Origin: Tubulanus polymorphus
Taxonomy: Eukaryota > Animalia > Nemertea
Direction: 5' to 3'
DNA: 64,000 bases
NCBI RefSeq assembly: GCF_964204645.1
Contig: NC_134026.1
Span: forward strand, 25,578,150-25,642,149
Part shown: positions 26,861-40,700 of the stretch, piece after piece
How the letters are laid out: every line of letters begins with the position of its first letter
How positions within the stretch are numbered: the first letter of the stretch is position 1
Translations under genes and position numbers: made by a program
Notes under the pieces: generated by a model
Database searches by the model: none
What the model saw: the letters and a program-made list of their open reading frames with translations, nothing else
Told to the model about the DNA's origin: nothing

Positions 26861-29311
26861 TAGAATTATTCAACGAACGCAGACGAGCTATTGAAATAGT
26901 CGAAGCTCATTGAATCGCTGTCAAATGATGAGAACAGAAGGTGAGAGCATCACTCTCCGTGCGGTCATCGAGGATTTTACCGGACAACGTTGACACGCGT
27001 TTCCATTCGCGTATATACACCTGCGACTAGACATTCACGGAGTTAACAACTTTTTCATCGAGTTTGACAACGAAATTGAATTATTCATCGAATTCTATAT
27101 TTCAGATAAATATTAAACACAAATTTGCCGTCGTATATTCTGATTTTTATACGGAAAAGGACGATATAGTTTGCTTAAAGAGTGTTTTAAAACACGAATG
27201 CAGTTGACATGAAGGTAAGACATATTTTTCTAATATCTCTCTATCACTTTACATCCTTACATATTTCACAGGTCACAACATCGTTTTTGAAACTTAAAAT
27301 GAATAAAATATTTCAAAATTTGAAATCGTTTTTTTCAGTAAGGATAGATTTAATACAGATTCAATTATTCATACCTTAAAACTTATAACATCGACAATGA
27401 CATGGATTTGAAGCGTTCGAAAAAAAATTCAATTTTGAAATTGAGAACCTTTTAAACATCTATGAAGATACCTTCGTTGTTACTTGAGAAAGGAAAGCTG
27501 AAAACAAATGGTCTTGTCAAATTCCATTAGAGAACGAATGAAACTATATTCTCACTCAAACTGATGTACTGTAAGAGCCTTACATTATTTACATTGGTAA
27601 GAAAAACAGCAATGCTTTGATTCGCGAAAAGCACGCAGAAAATTAATAGTAATATTTAATCAACTGCATTTGCAAATTGGATTTTATAAATAATGCTTCG
27701 GCGCTTGCGTTATTTACTTTGATTACTTCTGGTTATTACAGGGTTAACACATCATATTGATATTTTTAGAATCTCCCTGAATACCTGGTCGAAAACACCA
27801 TCAAGCATATACATATTTTTACAAAACATATTTTGCAATATGTTTTATTTTATCAACAGTCATGAAAGTTAAACAAATATCGCTAGCTTTTCTAAACACG
27901 CAACACAGATCAGCTGTTAGCGTTAGGCACCCGATGGCAGAAAATTATACTTTTATGATAAATGACAAGTAAAATAAGCTGAACTTAGCATTAGCAAACA
28001 AAATTCTGCTTCAAACGGTTGTAAATTTCATCTGAAATTATGACATGGCTGGATTGATCATAAACATCCATGAACGCAGGCCACGGTCTGTAGCTCTACC
28101 TGTTGGGAGACTGACGTGCGCCTGTCAGAAAAACTGAAACGTTGGACCGTAAATTACTACCCGACTGCACGCCTCATCGTTACTGTTTATTCTTTAAGTA
28201 AATAGATGCAAAAATGAAAAAGCAATATGAGTAGTTTTCATCGCCATCTGATACAATACAGCGATTCAAGATAGTTTTGAGTCTTTGAAAACGTCGTTCA
28301 ACCTTTCAATACGACACCTAATAACAAACTTTGAAAGAAAAAAAACGTGTCAATGCGACGTAAAAACGCTATTGAAGATACTGAACGCAGGTAGCATGCA
28401 TGTTTTAGAGATTGAAAAGAAAATCTTCTTCGTATTCGGGTTAAGAATATCATGTCAGGAAAATCGTCTTCGTATTCCCTTTTAGTATCAAAATCCGCGG
28501 ATGATATTTGACATTTAAACCGAGACTTAGACCAAATACGAGATATTAGACACTGGGAGCGATGAAACGGAGATTATTACATCAGAACCAAGTTGAAATT
28601 ATGACAACATATCAGTCGACGTAGCGAGTATCGAACTGAAATGAAAGGACATGATTATTTGAAAATGCCATTCCTCTTTTTTCGTTATGATTCAATTGAT
28701 TTTCATACGGATGAACTCACATTGTACGCTACATTGTATTACTTGTGTCAAAACAGATTTTCGAAAAACGCACCCAGTTTTTCAGTGCATGAAGTGTATC
28801 GTTAAATCAATAAGCAGATTGATTATTTTAACAATTTCAATTGGGCGATTGAAAAATTGAACAGATGTTTTATTATGATCAAGTTGCATATGTATTTCGC
28901 AGTGAATACTCGCAAGTATTGCTTTTGTGCGCTGTATTCAAGATGAACTCGGCCGAGTAAAATTTATTGATAATCCATCATTGAATTCAGTAAAAATAAA
29001 ACCTGACGCACTCAACATGATCAAGCGTGATCTAATAAATAGCCGTGCCGCATGCATATATGCTAAAGCAACTCTTTTGAATGACAGACAACAATAATTT
29101 TTAAGCAAATTAAAGCAACATGACCTGTACAGAGTTTCACAGTGTGACACTGAAATTAATTAAAATCTATGCCGCAATGGATTACTTATATTACTGTATA
29201 TTGCCTATGTTTCCAAACAACGCAGGGAGTAGTATTAAAAAACATAGATATATATAGGCTACAATGCAACTCGTCTATCCCAGGACCTAAATGAACTGCT
29301 CGACATTTCAA

Positions 29312-29341
29312 TTTCAAGTGTTTCAAGTGTATTTTCAAGTA
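29312..29341. repeat. Short tandem repeat TTTCAAGT(G/A) x3
   Basis: tttcaagtg tttcaagtg tat tttcaagta. Confidence 0.6.
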
Positions 29342-30314
29342 TAAAGTTACATTCTGTAATGTCAAACACTTGCTACACCCGGTATTTGTTAAGCCTTAGA
29401 GAGACATGCTGGCGAATAAGATTTTTTTTCAATTGTGTCGATTCTGATTAGAAATCAACGCGACTCTCGAGTGAAAAACAACAGTCGATCGATAGACGAC
29501 TTTTAAGAAAAGAACTAAGGAAAGATACTAAAAAACAAGCTGTTGTTTCATCGCACATGGCACCATTTTAAACCCGATATTCTGAGTTTATTCGAGTACT
29601 AATCGTTAAAAATTATGGTCTATTTCGAATTTGCACAATTCGTTATTAGTTTTCATACACGACAGGTGACCAATGATCATTGTTAGCTTTGTAGAATGAA
29701 ATCAGATTTTTTTAAAAACTTGATCATTTCACGCGGCAAACTGATGTTTTATACGGATAACATGATGTAATGACATAGGCCTACTTTAACCGTTTAAGCA
29801 GGATTTTGTTCAAATACTCAACCACAATTACAAATAAATGAAACCATTGTTAGATGATGAGCTGTTAGCGCGTTTAAATACCGCGTCTCTCCTTGTCAGG
29901 AGATGGCGAGAAATATTGGGAGTATTGAATATCTTTGATCGGTTTACTGAAAATTTCAAATGGCAGACAGTGCAGTTTTTTAACGCTGCGAATCTTTTCA
30001 AGTATCCAATGAAATTCACAAGCGATCTTATGGGAGTCGATTTCAATATGAGATGCTGAAATGCATGCAGATGATAGGTTAGTAGATGGTAGATATCATC
30101 AACATACTCATCGCGAGCCAAACACGACTAGGCAGTGCCGCCATCTGTCAATAAAATGACGAACTACTCAGTTCGCCGTAAAGCAGTGCTAGAGAATGCA
30201 CGCAAAAAAACGATCATCCACAATGCCTTAGTACACAAAAACCACAATACAATGAATTCAACATAATTCTTCAATCATTCAATGGCTTTCAATTCAAATT
30301 TTACCTACACAATG

Positions 30315-30440
30315 ACTCACCTTCCACAAATATCCGGCGAATTTTGCACCTTCGATATGTTTTTCTAGGATTGCTTCATTCTGAGTCAAAGTTGACTTAC
30401 ATTTTTCCGCGAAATATCGGATCAGACTTTACCTTCAGAT
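30315..30440 (-). other. Candidate first exon(s)/donor cluster of a divergent minus-strand transcript
   Basis: Three minus-strand donor matches within 120 bp: AAG|GTGAGT (exon edge 30321), AT|GTAAGT (~30401) and AAG|GTAAAG (~30433). YY1-like GCCGCCATCT at 30137-30146. Sequence to the left appears A/C-rich on + (T/G-rich on -), judged by eye. Confidence 0.35.
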
Positions 30441-31149
30441 AACAGCGCTATTAAGAGAAAATATAGTTGTATGGATTTATGACATATGGTTAGTGTGCCG
30501 TAAGTTTCTGTAATTTCAACAATTTCACAGAACATATGATAAACATTGTAGGCTAGCATAGATTTTATAATCCACTTTTCTCAACATTAGATAGATGATG
30601 ATTAACTGTTATCTCTTAAAATTAATTGAATTATTGATGAAATCTTATCTCGCACGACAGGCTGATTTTCTATAAATAGAAAAAAACAGGAAATAGGGCC
30701 TATGTATGCATGATTTTCAAATGTAACTTCTTTTATTGTTTGGGCAATTACCAGACACTGATAAAAGGCAATATGATAAGCTTGTGATATAAACACAAAA
30801 GGTTTTTCATCATTTTGGTTGCCAATCTGAAAAAAATTGATAGTCTAAAAGAATCAAAATATTGAACATCTGAATATTGACATGATTGAAACAACAAACG
30901 GACATAATCTTTTCAAATAGAGATGAATCCCATGAATGAAATTCAGGATATAGGTCTAGATTCTTAAGTAGCCACACTTGCCGTGCATGGCAAGTGAGGA
31001 GGCATTATCTATCAGTTGTAAGGAATTTTTTCATTTACTCGTATTCGTGAACAATGCACTGACTGCGCAACCCACTGATCAGAGCTACAACTTACAATTT
31101 ATCATTTCGATGGGTGTGGGACTAATGATCGGACTTTGAAATCATTAAA

Positions 31150-31291
31150 ATTAGCTCAACCCGGCAGCAGCGCATCACACGCAGTTTCATGGGCGGCGCC
31201 ATCTTGGCTGCAGCGTGATGCTTGTTGGGTAATTATCATCAGTGAACAGCAAGATGGCGAGTGGGATGCAGGTCGGCTACCGCAAGCTTAG
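31150..31291 (+). promoter_or_regulatory. Probable promoter/first exon of the zinc-finger gene with two inverted YY1-type sites
   Basis: Local GC-rich patch. CGCCATCTTG (31197-31206) and its exact reverse complement CAAGATGGCG (31250-31259) match the YY1 consensus typical of TSS-proximal sequence. Donor 'TTAG|GTAAAC' at 31292. Downstream sequence becomes T/G-rich on +. Linkage to the CDS is inferred. Confidence 0.55.
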
Positions 31292-34200
31292 GTAAACACA
31301 TATTTATTCTTTTCTAAAGGGAATGACAGATCGTAGAATCTAGTCAATCCGTTATTCAAACGCTTACTCTACCCGAACCTACAGTTTTTCAACACTTGTT
31401 CTAATTCTAAACGGGTTTTTAGTTAGTTCTAAAGTTTCGTAGTAACGTCCACAGCTGTGATGATGCTGGAAGGACTGCTGCTGCATTCAAGTCATTGTGT
31501 CCGGAGTAGTACTGCGGCCTTCGAAGTGAGGTCATCATATCTCAGTAAACTGATTATGTTCTTCTTTTAATGTACTACTTAATTATTCAAAGTAGCCAAT
31601 ATGTTATCACTGTATTAGTTTTAGGTGTTACTGTGCAGGATAAGCTTAAATGTTAGATGATTTACAGTTATCGTCTAACAATGACGTGGGAAATTTGAAC
31701 TTCAATGGCGTTTAAGTCTTTGACTCCATTAAGATTACACAATGGCTGCAGTGCTCTGTATTATGACACAAATTTGCATATCGACATGTGTGCTGGATCT
31801 AGTTCGCCGTATGGTTTAAAACGGGACCAGTGATTAGACAATTACATTGTCAATGGAGAGATTTCATTTTTTCTGTTCTCAGTTCACAATGCAATATGAA
31901 GGGGTAGTCCATTAGCCCGCACAGGCTCGTTTGAATTGAAAGGTTAAAAAATGGTCAAATGACAACAGTTGACCAGTTCAGTATTATTGTTCAGCAGTTG
32001 AATTTATTCTATTTTCAAGAACATGCACAATCTATATAGAACTAGATAGGTCTCACGGTTTATGTATTTGATTTATTACTTGCTTGAATTTTTCATGAAT
32101 TAAGTCATTATGTTTTATTTGAAATATTTCCATATTTTGGATTGAAAAATCCTATGCGTTTTGCACTCAGAAACCTACGCTATAGAACTACAGTAAGGCA
32201 AATATAACTTAGAGTCTTTCTTTTGAAAAATGTTCTGTCATATTTTCCCATGTTAACCAGAATGAATAAGAAAAAATACACTTGTTAAATTTGTAGCACT
32301 CCTGTAGAGTTTAGCAAAAGGATTGTGCATTGAAATCCATAGGCTATATGCAGCGGCACAGTGTTCTTTTAAAACTATACTTACACACAAAGAATTGAAT
32401 TTTTCATTTCTTTAGAATTTAATAGTAGAGTCATCCTCTAAATTCAATTGAACCTGTGGTTGTTAAAAAACGTGTTTAAAAAAAAGTTGATTGGTGCCGG
32501 TATTGTACAATACGAAATGGGTCATATCCGTTGGTTGCATTAAATTCTTCTATAACCGCCTGAGAATGACTCAGTGTGAGGTTTTTCTTCATCTGAATTT
32601 TTTCTTTTCTGTTGAAATTTAAGAAACAGTGTGTGCGTTATTTGGATATATATGCCTGGCTGCCCTAAACTTTTTGTATTAGATTTTTTGGTGCTTGAAT
32701 AAAATGAAATTCGAGCTTCTGCATCTAGAAGTTTAGCGATACGCCTTAAGGAATTTTTTTGGACCATAAGAAGTGCAGGATTTTTGTCTCCTTGAAGACC
32801 ATTACAAATAGTATCCATTATTCATTATTCGGTATTGTCATGAAATTTGAATATTTCACATGATCCAAAAAATATCTTTTGAAAAAGTTCCCTTCTCTTG
32901 GTAATGTCAAATAAAGTATACTTCCTATACACTTGAATTCATCATTGATAACCATCATTCATGACCTTACCAAACTATCAGTTTCCTGAAAGACTTAAAT
33001 ACGATTGTGAATACAGAAACACACATTGAAATACATGAAATGACTTTATCTCATTGAATTCAATTTCTAGTAGAATTCTTCTAATGCTTCACCATTGATG
33101 TCAAACGATGACTATAACTGTACAGAAATAACCTGCCCCATTTTCTGTAACTCGAAACCAAATCGTGAATCAAAATTGTGCATAAGTGTTTTTCGAAAAA
33201 ATTGATGTGAAATAGGTGTGGCGGCATAATACATACATTTAGTGATTAAAAAGATCGTATGAAACATGATTTTTTAAAATAGCTTATCTTTGATGCGTGG
33301 TACTCGCATATATATTTGATGACTATTTTCAGCATGTTTGTCTTGTCGGTTGAAATGAACTGGCTTATGGCAATGCAATCAAAGCACTGTAGCTTGAAAG
33401 GTCCACACCGTCACAAAAGACTTCATTTAAAGAGCTTTACATTGGTTTTTTATCTGTAATTTTCTCCAATGACCTCAGCGAAAGTAATTTCAGCATTTCA
33501 CCAACTTTTCCAATTACTTATTAAATGAATGAAAGTCTTAAGCCGAGTCCAATTCATTTCCGTAACGAGGAGGAAACCTGACATTTGCTTTTTAAATCGT
33601 CTCTAAGCAAAAGAAAAGCCAAACGCTGGACTTAAGAGCAAAATTGCAATTTTGTAGTCCATTATGATCATCAGGATTTGGCCTTTCTTTCTGCCAAGTT
33701 TGTATTTTCCATAAGAAGATTTGATGATAAGGACCTTTGGTCACCAAGGAAACGTGGTTTGCTTCATCATTTTAGCTTTTGATCCCGACCTAACGAAATG
33801 TTCAAGTCATTACAATAAAGAAGCTAACAAACTGGAGTGGCAAGTGGGCTTTAATTTACTAAAATTCAGACACTGCGTGTCGAGCAGGTGCAGGCAATTT
33901 CGAGCTATTCGCAAGCCAGTGATGAGATGAGTCGGATGACCAATAGCAACGCCGGATAAAAATATATTAAAAAGGAATCCAATTTGGTCGGATGCAAAAC
34001 CGAGCGCGTTGGCGATATATTGAAAACTCATAAAAAATCATTGGAAAATAAATCCAATTTGTAATGGTAGACTCGGTACAACATGAGAGACTCGGTCCTA
34101 AAATCAATTCAGAATTTCACCCGTTCGTCGTTGAAATAACGTCGTGGTGGTAAACTCATCGGGGATTCACGGTGTCAATAGGGAAATCATTTCATGGCTA

Positions 34201-37200
34201 AGGTGAGCTAGTGGTCATCTATTCATGTCAATCGGTGATATATCTTTTCTATAGAACGATGTTGTTTTAATGATTTTTTCTCATTTTGCCGGTGCTTGAC
34301 CATCTGGTGCGCACTTATGAACTTGAAATAAACTCATTCTGTATGAATTTTCCGATAAGCTAGATCATTTTTTCGTATCAAATATTTGTATCCAAGTTGG
34401 TCGTTATAGGCAACATATCCTGAATTCAAATAGCATTATTCAGTTTTTTGTGGCCACACTCAGCCATGACTTATCTCTATAAAGATAATGCAGCTTCGTT
34501 GGAAATTATCTATTATGACTTATTCTAATTTTTTCAACTTGGGTGGGCCTTTAAAATGCAAGATGAGGAGCATTTAGCATATTGTCGTGTTCTTGAAAGA
34601 TTTTCTAACACGGCTCGATTATCCAGGAAAAGCTAGATTTTATTTCGTTTTATTCATTTCTAACAAATTACTTTATTCGTTTTTTATGTTTAAAGGTTTC
34701 GAGTTCGTACCGCTGAAAGATTTCATTCATTAAGGATGAGTTTTATTGAGAGATTCACACGATACGTGATACGAGATACCAAATTGTTATTGATACATTA
34801 ATTGCTCACCGCATATCTACCAAACAGCTCAATATATTTACTCAGCGCCTGTCTGCACTGATATTCTGATGACTACGTGCCCTTATGCTCAGTAATATTT
34901 TATTGAAATTGAAAACTGTCTGACATTGCTGGAAGACAAAGAATTGTCCTGAGCCAGTCTGAGACAGTCTTTCGAACAATAGCCAACAGTCGCCTCTACT
35001 GGTCAGAGGCTTTGTGCGCAGACAAAGGCCAATTTTAATCAATGGAAAATTTCGCACTCTGTCAATGGGATTAAATTAGATTTCTGCATTGAAAATCAGT
35101 TGAACCAGCAGCAGCAGTAGTAGCCTCGGCATCAGTACTGTAATTCTAGGAAGTTTCGCCTGCACTCATTATACGGACGGTAGAGATTTAACTTGATGCC
35201 CTGCGCTGTGTTTTGCCAATCGATATACTTCGAATTACTTCAGTTTGCTTTTTTTGTTTCATGTTTCAATTGTGTGGTGACATTGAAATTATAATCCGCA
35301 TGTTTTGTCTGGTTAAAAGCTTTATCGGATAAATCCTAGTGGTTTTTTGTGTGTTATCGGCGTTCTCTGATGATTCAAAACATCAGCCAGTTTTTTCCCC
35401 GCTTCGATTTTCCCTTTGCGGTTTCTTAGATTGATGAACTGTAGATCGATTATGTCAGAAAACAGCAGCAATGGTACAGCAACTTGATGTTGACTGTCCT
35501 TCGGTTTTTATGAATGTCATATGAACTTTAGATTTCATGTACTTGCCAGAAACAAGGCTGGAGTTATTTTTATGGAGAACTAAAAACTATGAATGGACTT
35601 ATGCGAAAGCTTTGTTTTCTGTACTGCTGCGTATTTGATTGGTCTAACGGGGTGAAGCCAATGCGAATGTCCATCAGTTTCTTTATTGAGCTCACATTGT
35701 TATTAAATCCATTTTATCCGCTGCACTCTCGTTCAATGAGATAGTCGATCTATGCCAGCATGTGAAGAAAAGAATGCATTGATTTTTCATTGTTGGTTAT
35801 TCGCATACACTCTGATACCTATCGAATATAATTTCATCGTGTATATATCGAAGCATTAGTAATAATGAGGTGCATCCCTATTGTTCATTTGTTTTGAAAT
35901 CAAGATTACTTTGCAGGTGACGCAGACAATGGTTTAGGCGAATGAAAGTTTTCCAGGTGTAGAGTAGACTTCAATTCCTATGATAGTTCTATATTCCATT
36001 ATCCGGTTTATCGAAGTGTGTAATTTCTGTGGCTAAATATTCAATTGGAATTTCAACATATGTATATTAATTCGTCATAGATTTCGTGATACACCTGATG
36101 AAATACAATATCTGTGATACATTTACTGGCATCTTTGAAAAGAAGTTCGTGATCAGCTATTCAGACATTAGAGTAAAGTTCATTCATGTTTGGAAATGTC
36201 AGCAGAATCGTGCTACATGTTTTTGATAAGACTTCTAGATTGGCTCGTGAACTTTGAGTTAGTGATATAGCATTCTTTTTCACTGCAATTTCCATTTTCG
36301 ATTAAGTGACCTGAACTACTGGCTATTGAAGAATGTCATTATTCAAATTGAATTAATTCCTTCCTCTCCTGTATAATAATAGAATCAGTTTAGCTGGAGT
36401 TTAATCTTGGTTAAACGTTGTCAAGGTTCCCTCTTCTTCGGGATGTTGTCCATTTCGATTAGCAGGTTCTTCTCGGACGACATTTACCTTCGCAGTGGCA
36501 TTATTAGGAAATTATGCGGAATTTTAAAGAATGTCGGTTTTTTAGCATAAATTCATGCGAAATATGAAATGTGGAAGGTCTGCCCCTATTCACTGCGTAA
36601 AAAATAGATTTCTAAGTGTGCTGCATGCACGAGTTAGATATCTCTATCATTTGGAAAAGTCGCCTGCGGCAATTGTTTCTTCAAGAGTTTTTATTGTGCG
36701 CACTTTGCAAGCAACGCAAAATTATTTCGAAGACACGATCGGACTTTCTGTGTGCGCGGCACACGCTGCGTTACACTCCATACAATTCAATTCAAATATG
36801 ATATATAAGCTGGCATCAGTGAATCGATAATTCGTCCGCTTCAAATGGGAGCTCTGTTCTAAATCAATTTGTAATGGAGTTTTAGAACCCGTACTTGTGC
36901 GTCGGGATTTTCTCGACTTAGATACGAAGCTTTTATTTTATTTGTTCTCGTTTTGCCGAGGTGTCCATGACGATATTGATAAAGTCATTGAATTCTGAAA
37001 TTAGATATATAATCGTGTCTTTTTGTATCCGGAGGTATTGATTTAAACCATTCTCTACCAGTGGTATCCGCCAACAACTGAGATTTCGTAGTAAATTGAC
37101 CAGAAAATGATAGTTGATGTAAATGCCGAGCTCGTGAATAAGTTTAGACTGTATTTGATTTGATGGCATTTTGATGAAGGGAGCTATTTAGTTACGAGGA

Positions 37201-37762
37201 TCATTACAAAAAAAATGTCAACCTTTGAGTTCATTGAAAAGATTAGTTTAACACCACCTCTATTTGATGTAGGGGTTGAGTTAAATAAGAATGTGATCAA
37301 AAGCAGGTACGAGGCGCGCTGGATGTCTGCGATACGTGAATTTATAATCAAATGAAGTTACAAAATCAAAAGTTCTGTCTTATTTGATTTTCTTTGAAAT
37401 GTCATCGATATGTCGCGCGCAGACTTTTGTTCACCGTGTACGGATATGAGACATATAATAATACACCGGGTGAACACGAGTGTATTTTCTCTCAAAATAT
37501 TTAGATTGACGCGTTGTAGAACGTCGGTCTGTGTACGGAAAACCAATCTTCAAACGAAAATCAAAAAAATATCGGTAGTAATTATAGTTGCTGTTTTTCG
37601 GCGAGGAAATCATCCTAACCGAAATGTGAATTGCAAATTGCTCGACGCCGTTCTCAGATTTAAGGTCACAGAAATATGCTGCTTTATAAAAATATTTGGT
37701 TTTCATCATGGTTGTCACGCAGCATAAATGAAAAAAAGATTTCGTCGATTGTGCGCGAGACG

Positions 37763-37795
37763 GATGATGACGACGACGATGACGACGACGAGGAG
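37763..37795. repeat. Imperfect (GAC/GAT)n trinucleotide repeat
   Basis: gatgatgacgacgacgatgacgacgacgaggag. Confidence 0.8.
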
Positions 37796-40700
37796 AAAGT
37801 ACGGTATTAAATATAATGTTCTTTCTTCACACATATGAAATGACATTAAAGTGTAGCTGGAGGCGAAGAAGAACGCGACGACGTTGTGAATATTTATCGG
37901 TTAAAGAACTTATTCGAAATAAACGAAAATTACACACAACTGAACCGGGCATCGATTTTTTTTCCTCGCAGACGTTTGATTATATTTTATTACAGCTAAA
38001 ATTTGAGTGAAGCCGCATGATTGGAATAGATTTTTCAATCGGAGAATGTCGTTCATTAGAGAGATGGACGAGGACTATATATTGAAATAGACTTCAATTC
38101 GAGACTGACTTAGTGATGAACTTCACATAAATTGCCACTGCAGATATTTGAATGCTCCAATTTTGTTCGCATCTATTTGAACCGCTAGTTCACATTAGCA
38201 TTTTGTTGAAGTAGTTCACACACTATTGAACTGGAAAGGTGATTCCAGCGCAATCGCGAAGATAGAGAAGACAATGGTGTTGTTTTTACTGAGAATGACA
38301 TGAAAATATATTGTAAGAAATATTGAACCGTTGAATTTTTTCAATCATATGTTTATCATAGAATTGTAATCCGCGTGCTGTTTTAGACTTGTGTTGTCGT
38401 AACATCGAGCAGTTGAAGATATTCGATTTTGTGATAAAATCTGCCGTGAAAACATAAGCCTTAGGTCATCGCGAGCTATTTGAAATTTCATCTACGCTCT
38501 ATACGCCAACCACATAGAGAGCGATGCGGCGTTTTACGATGATGTCAATGATGCCTTGGAAGATCAGGCAAATGCACTGACATCGGCTCATCAAAATCAA
38601 GATTGAAGTCGGCACCAGTTAAATTTAATTTACACCCGCGAATCTATGGTCTTGCCCACAGGTGTATGAGTGTGTTATAAATCTCGAGATTGTTATCTGT
38701 GCGAAATGCACTTCGACAAACTTGTAAAACAGCTTCAAAAAGGCGGTTATTTTCTGAAATTGCCACGAGGCTTGAAAGAAGCAGGAACGTCGGTATTGAT
38801 GCTATGTTTGCTAGTGAACCCGTTTCCATCACAAAGAAGGCCTGGTTTTGTTTGTTTTAAGGTGTAGACTTAGCTATATGTCAGTATATACTCGAAAACT
38901 GCCTTTTTTCTGATGGCTGAATAACTTTAGTAACCGCCACTGGCAAAGTAACGCTGAAGTTTAAGATGCTTTGAAAAAAATTATTTTTCAAAATGGTCCC
39001 TATCATTATGTAGCATATATAGTTCATATAAAGTACATTCCATACACATGTATTTCTAGTTTTGAAAAGTGGTTTTTCCAAGAGTTAAGTTCTCAAGTGT
39101 GCTTTTTTAATGTTCAATTCCCAGTGTTGAATCAACATTCCTGACTGACATTATTTTTTATGCCCTTTGTGAATTTTCCTCCTGCTTCCTATTTCCGTAC
39201 ACTTGTTCTTAATGTCTTTATCTTTTAGATTGTAAACCACAATCCTTTTCGGGGTGTATTATCTGACTTTTCAATTGTATCCAGACTCGCTGCGTCGGTT
39301 ATGAACTTTCTTGCAGCGGTTTTGAGGGCTAAAAGTTCATCGCCGCATAAAAATTCAGCATCACTTCATTTTAATCAGTTGATGAGGCTTGATTTTAATT
39401 GGCTTCAAGTCAGCACTTGAGATATCATGCTCGGTGATATGTGATCGAATGCGCTTAGAAACACTGACACTGAGAAATTTACCATCGCAAGAAAACCAAT
39501 GTCTTCAACTGCCTGAAGCTAATCTGCAGAGTTAGATTATAAACTTGTCGAAGACATGGTTACATTTCAAATAAAGCAATTACACTTCAAGTGCTTTTCA
39601 TTTGAGTTAAAGTGAAGTCTATTGAATTCAGTCAATTACAAGTGATTTTACACGCAGTTTTCATGACTGTAATTGGAATTCGCAGCCAGCATGGTTTAAT
39701 TTGAATCAATGTTTATGTTTCATGTGCACTAGTCACGCGCGGGAACTGAATCAGTTTGAGAGAGAAGGAAAAAAAACTGATGCTCAAAACGCCCTGTGAT
39801 TAAATCACCTGTCGGCGAAAAAGGATTTTAAAAAGTTCGATCATGAATATCATGGACTACTAGCAAATAAAAGGAGCCATAGGTTTCCATTTGGTGTATT
39901 GACATCAGTGTCAAATTCGGTGTCTATTTATATCTGTAGGAAACTCTGTATTGAAAGCACCTTTTGAAAAAGCATTCCTTTTCTAGAAAGCTAAGGCAAC
40001 CGTTTGCTTTTGTAGTAACGGAGAAGCAGTCACTCTCTCCCTGTATCATCATCGCCAGAGTTCAATGGCCTAAATGAAATTGCGAGCTATTGGGTTGCTT
40101 TTACCGAATTTACCATGAACAATATGGGTGGACCGGACCCGTGCCTATTCACTGGACACCTTATTCAAAATCCGAATGCTCATTACTAAACAATGAACTT
40201 GGCTCAAGTCTCTTCTTAGCTTATGAATGCTTTTCGTCGTTTTTTTCCTGAAGCCATGTTTGGGCTAGTTCATATCCGCACATGCTGACCCTCATCGTTC
40301 ATACATTCAAAACACGCTTTTATAAGAAAAAAAAGTATCAGATCCATTGTTATCGCCAACATCGCCGATTCTCATGTTTCTCAAAACGGGATCAATTTTG
40401 TTCAATGATTTAGCATGAGAGAGTAGTTTCTATTGCTTCAGGAATTGAAAGTTGGGAATTCATCCAGGTGTTTTACTTTAATTGTTATAATGCCATGTCA
40501 GCTTTTCTCGACAAAATGATTTCAAATATACACCAATTTGTCAGTATCGACAAATACATTTGATGATGACAATGCACGTTTTTCTCTAAATGTTGGAAAT
40601 AGAAATTTTTCTGAGAGATGATGCACGTTCAATGTTTAATTCATTCATTGCTGACAGCAATTTAAGAAGTTTCATTCTTTTTCACAAATCATGTGAAGGT

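Noticed and set aside
31456-31553. GTGATGA...CTGA, a possible C/D box snoRNA in the first intron
   Set aside because: No terminal stem and no recognisable rRNA-complementary guide; such boxes are frequent by chance.
38480-38620. IYALYANHIESDAAFYDDVNDAL, faintly like a LINE endonuclease segment
   Set aside because: Too short and degenerate, with no flanking endonuclease motifs.
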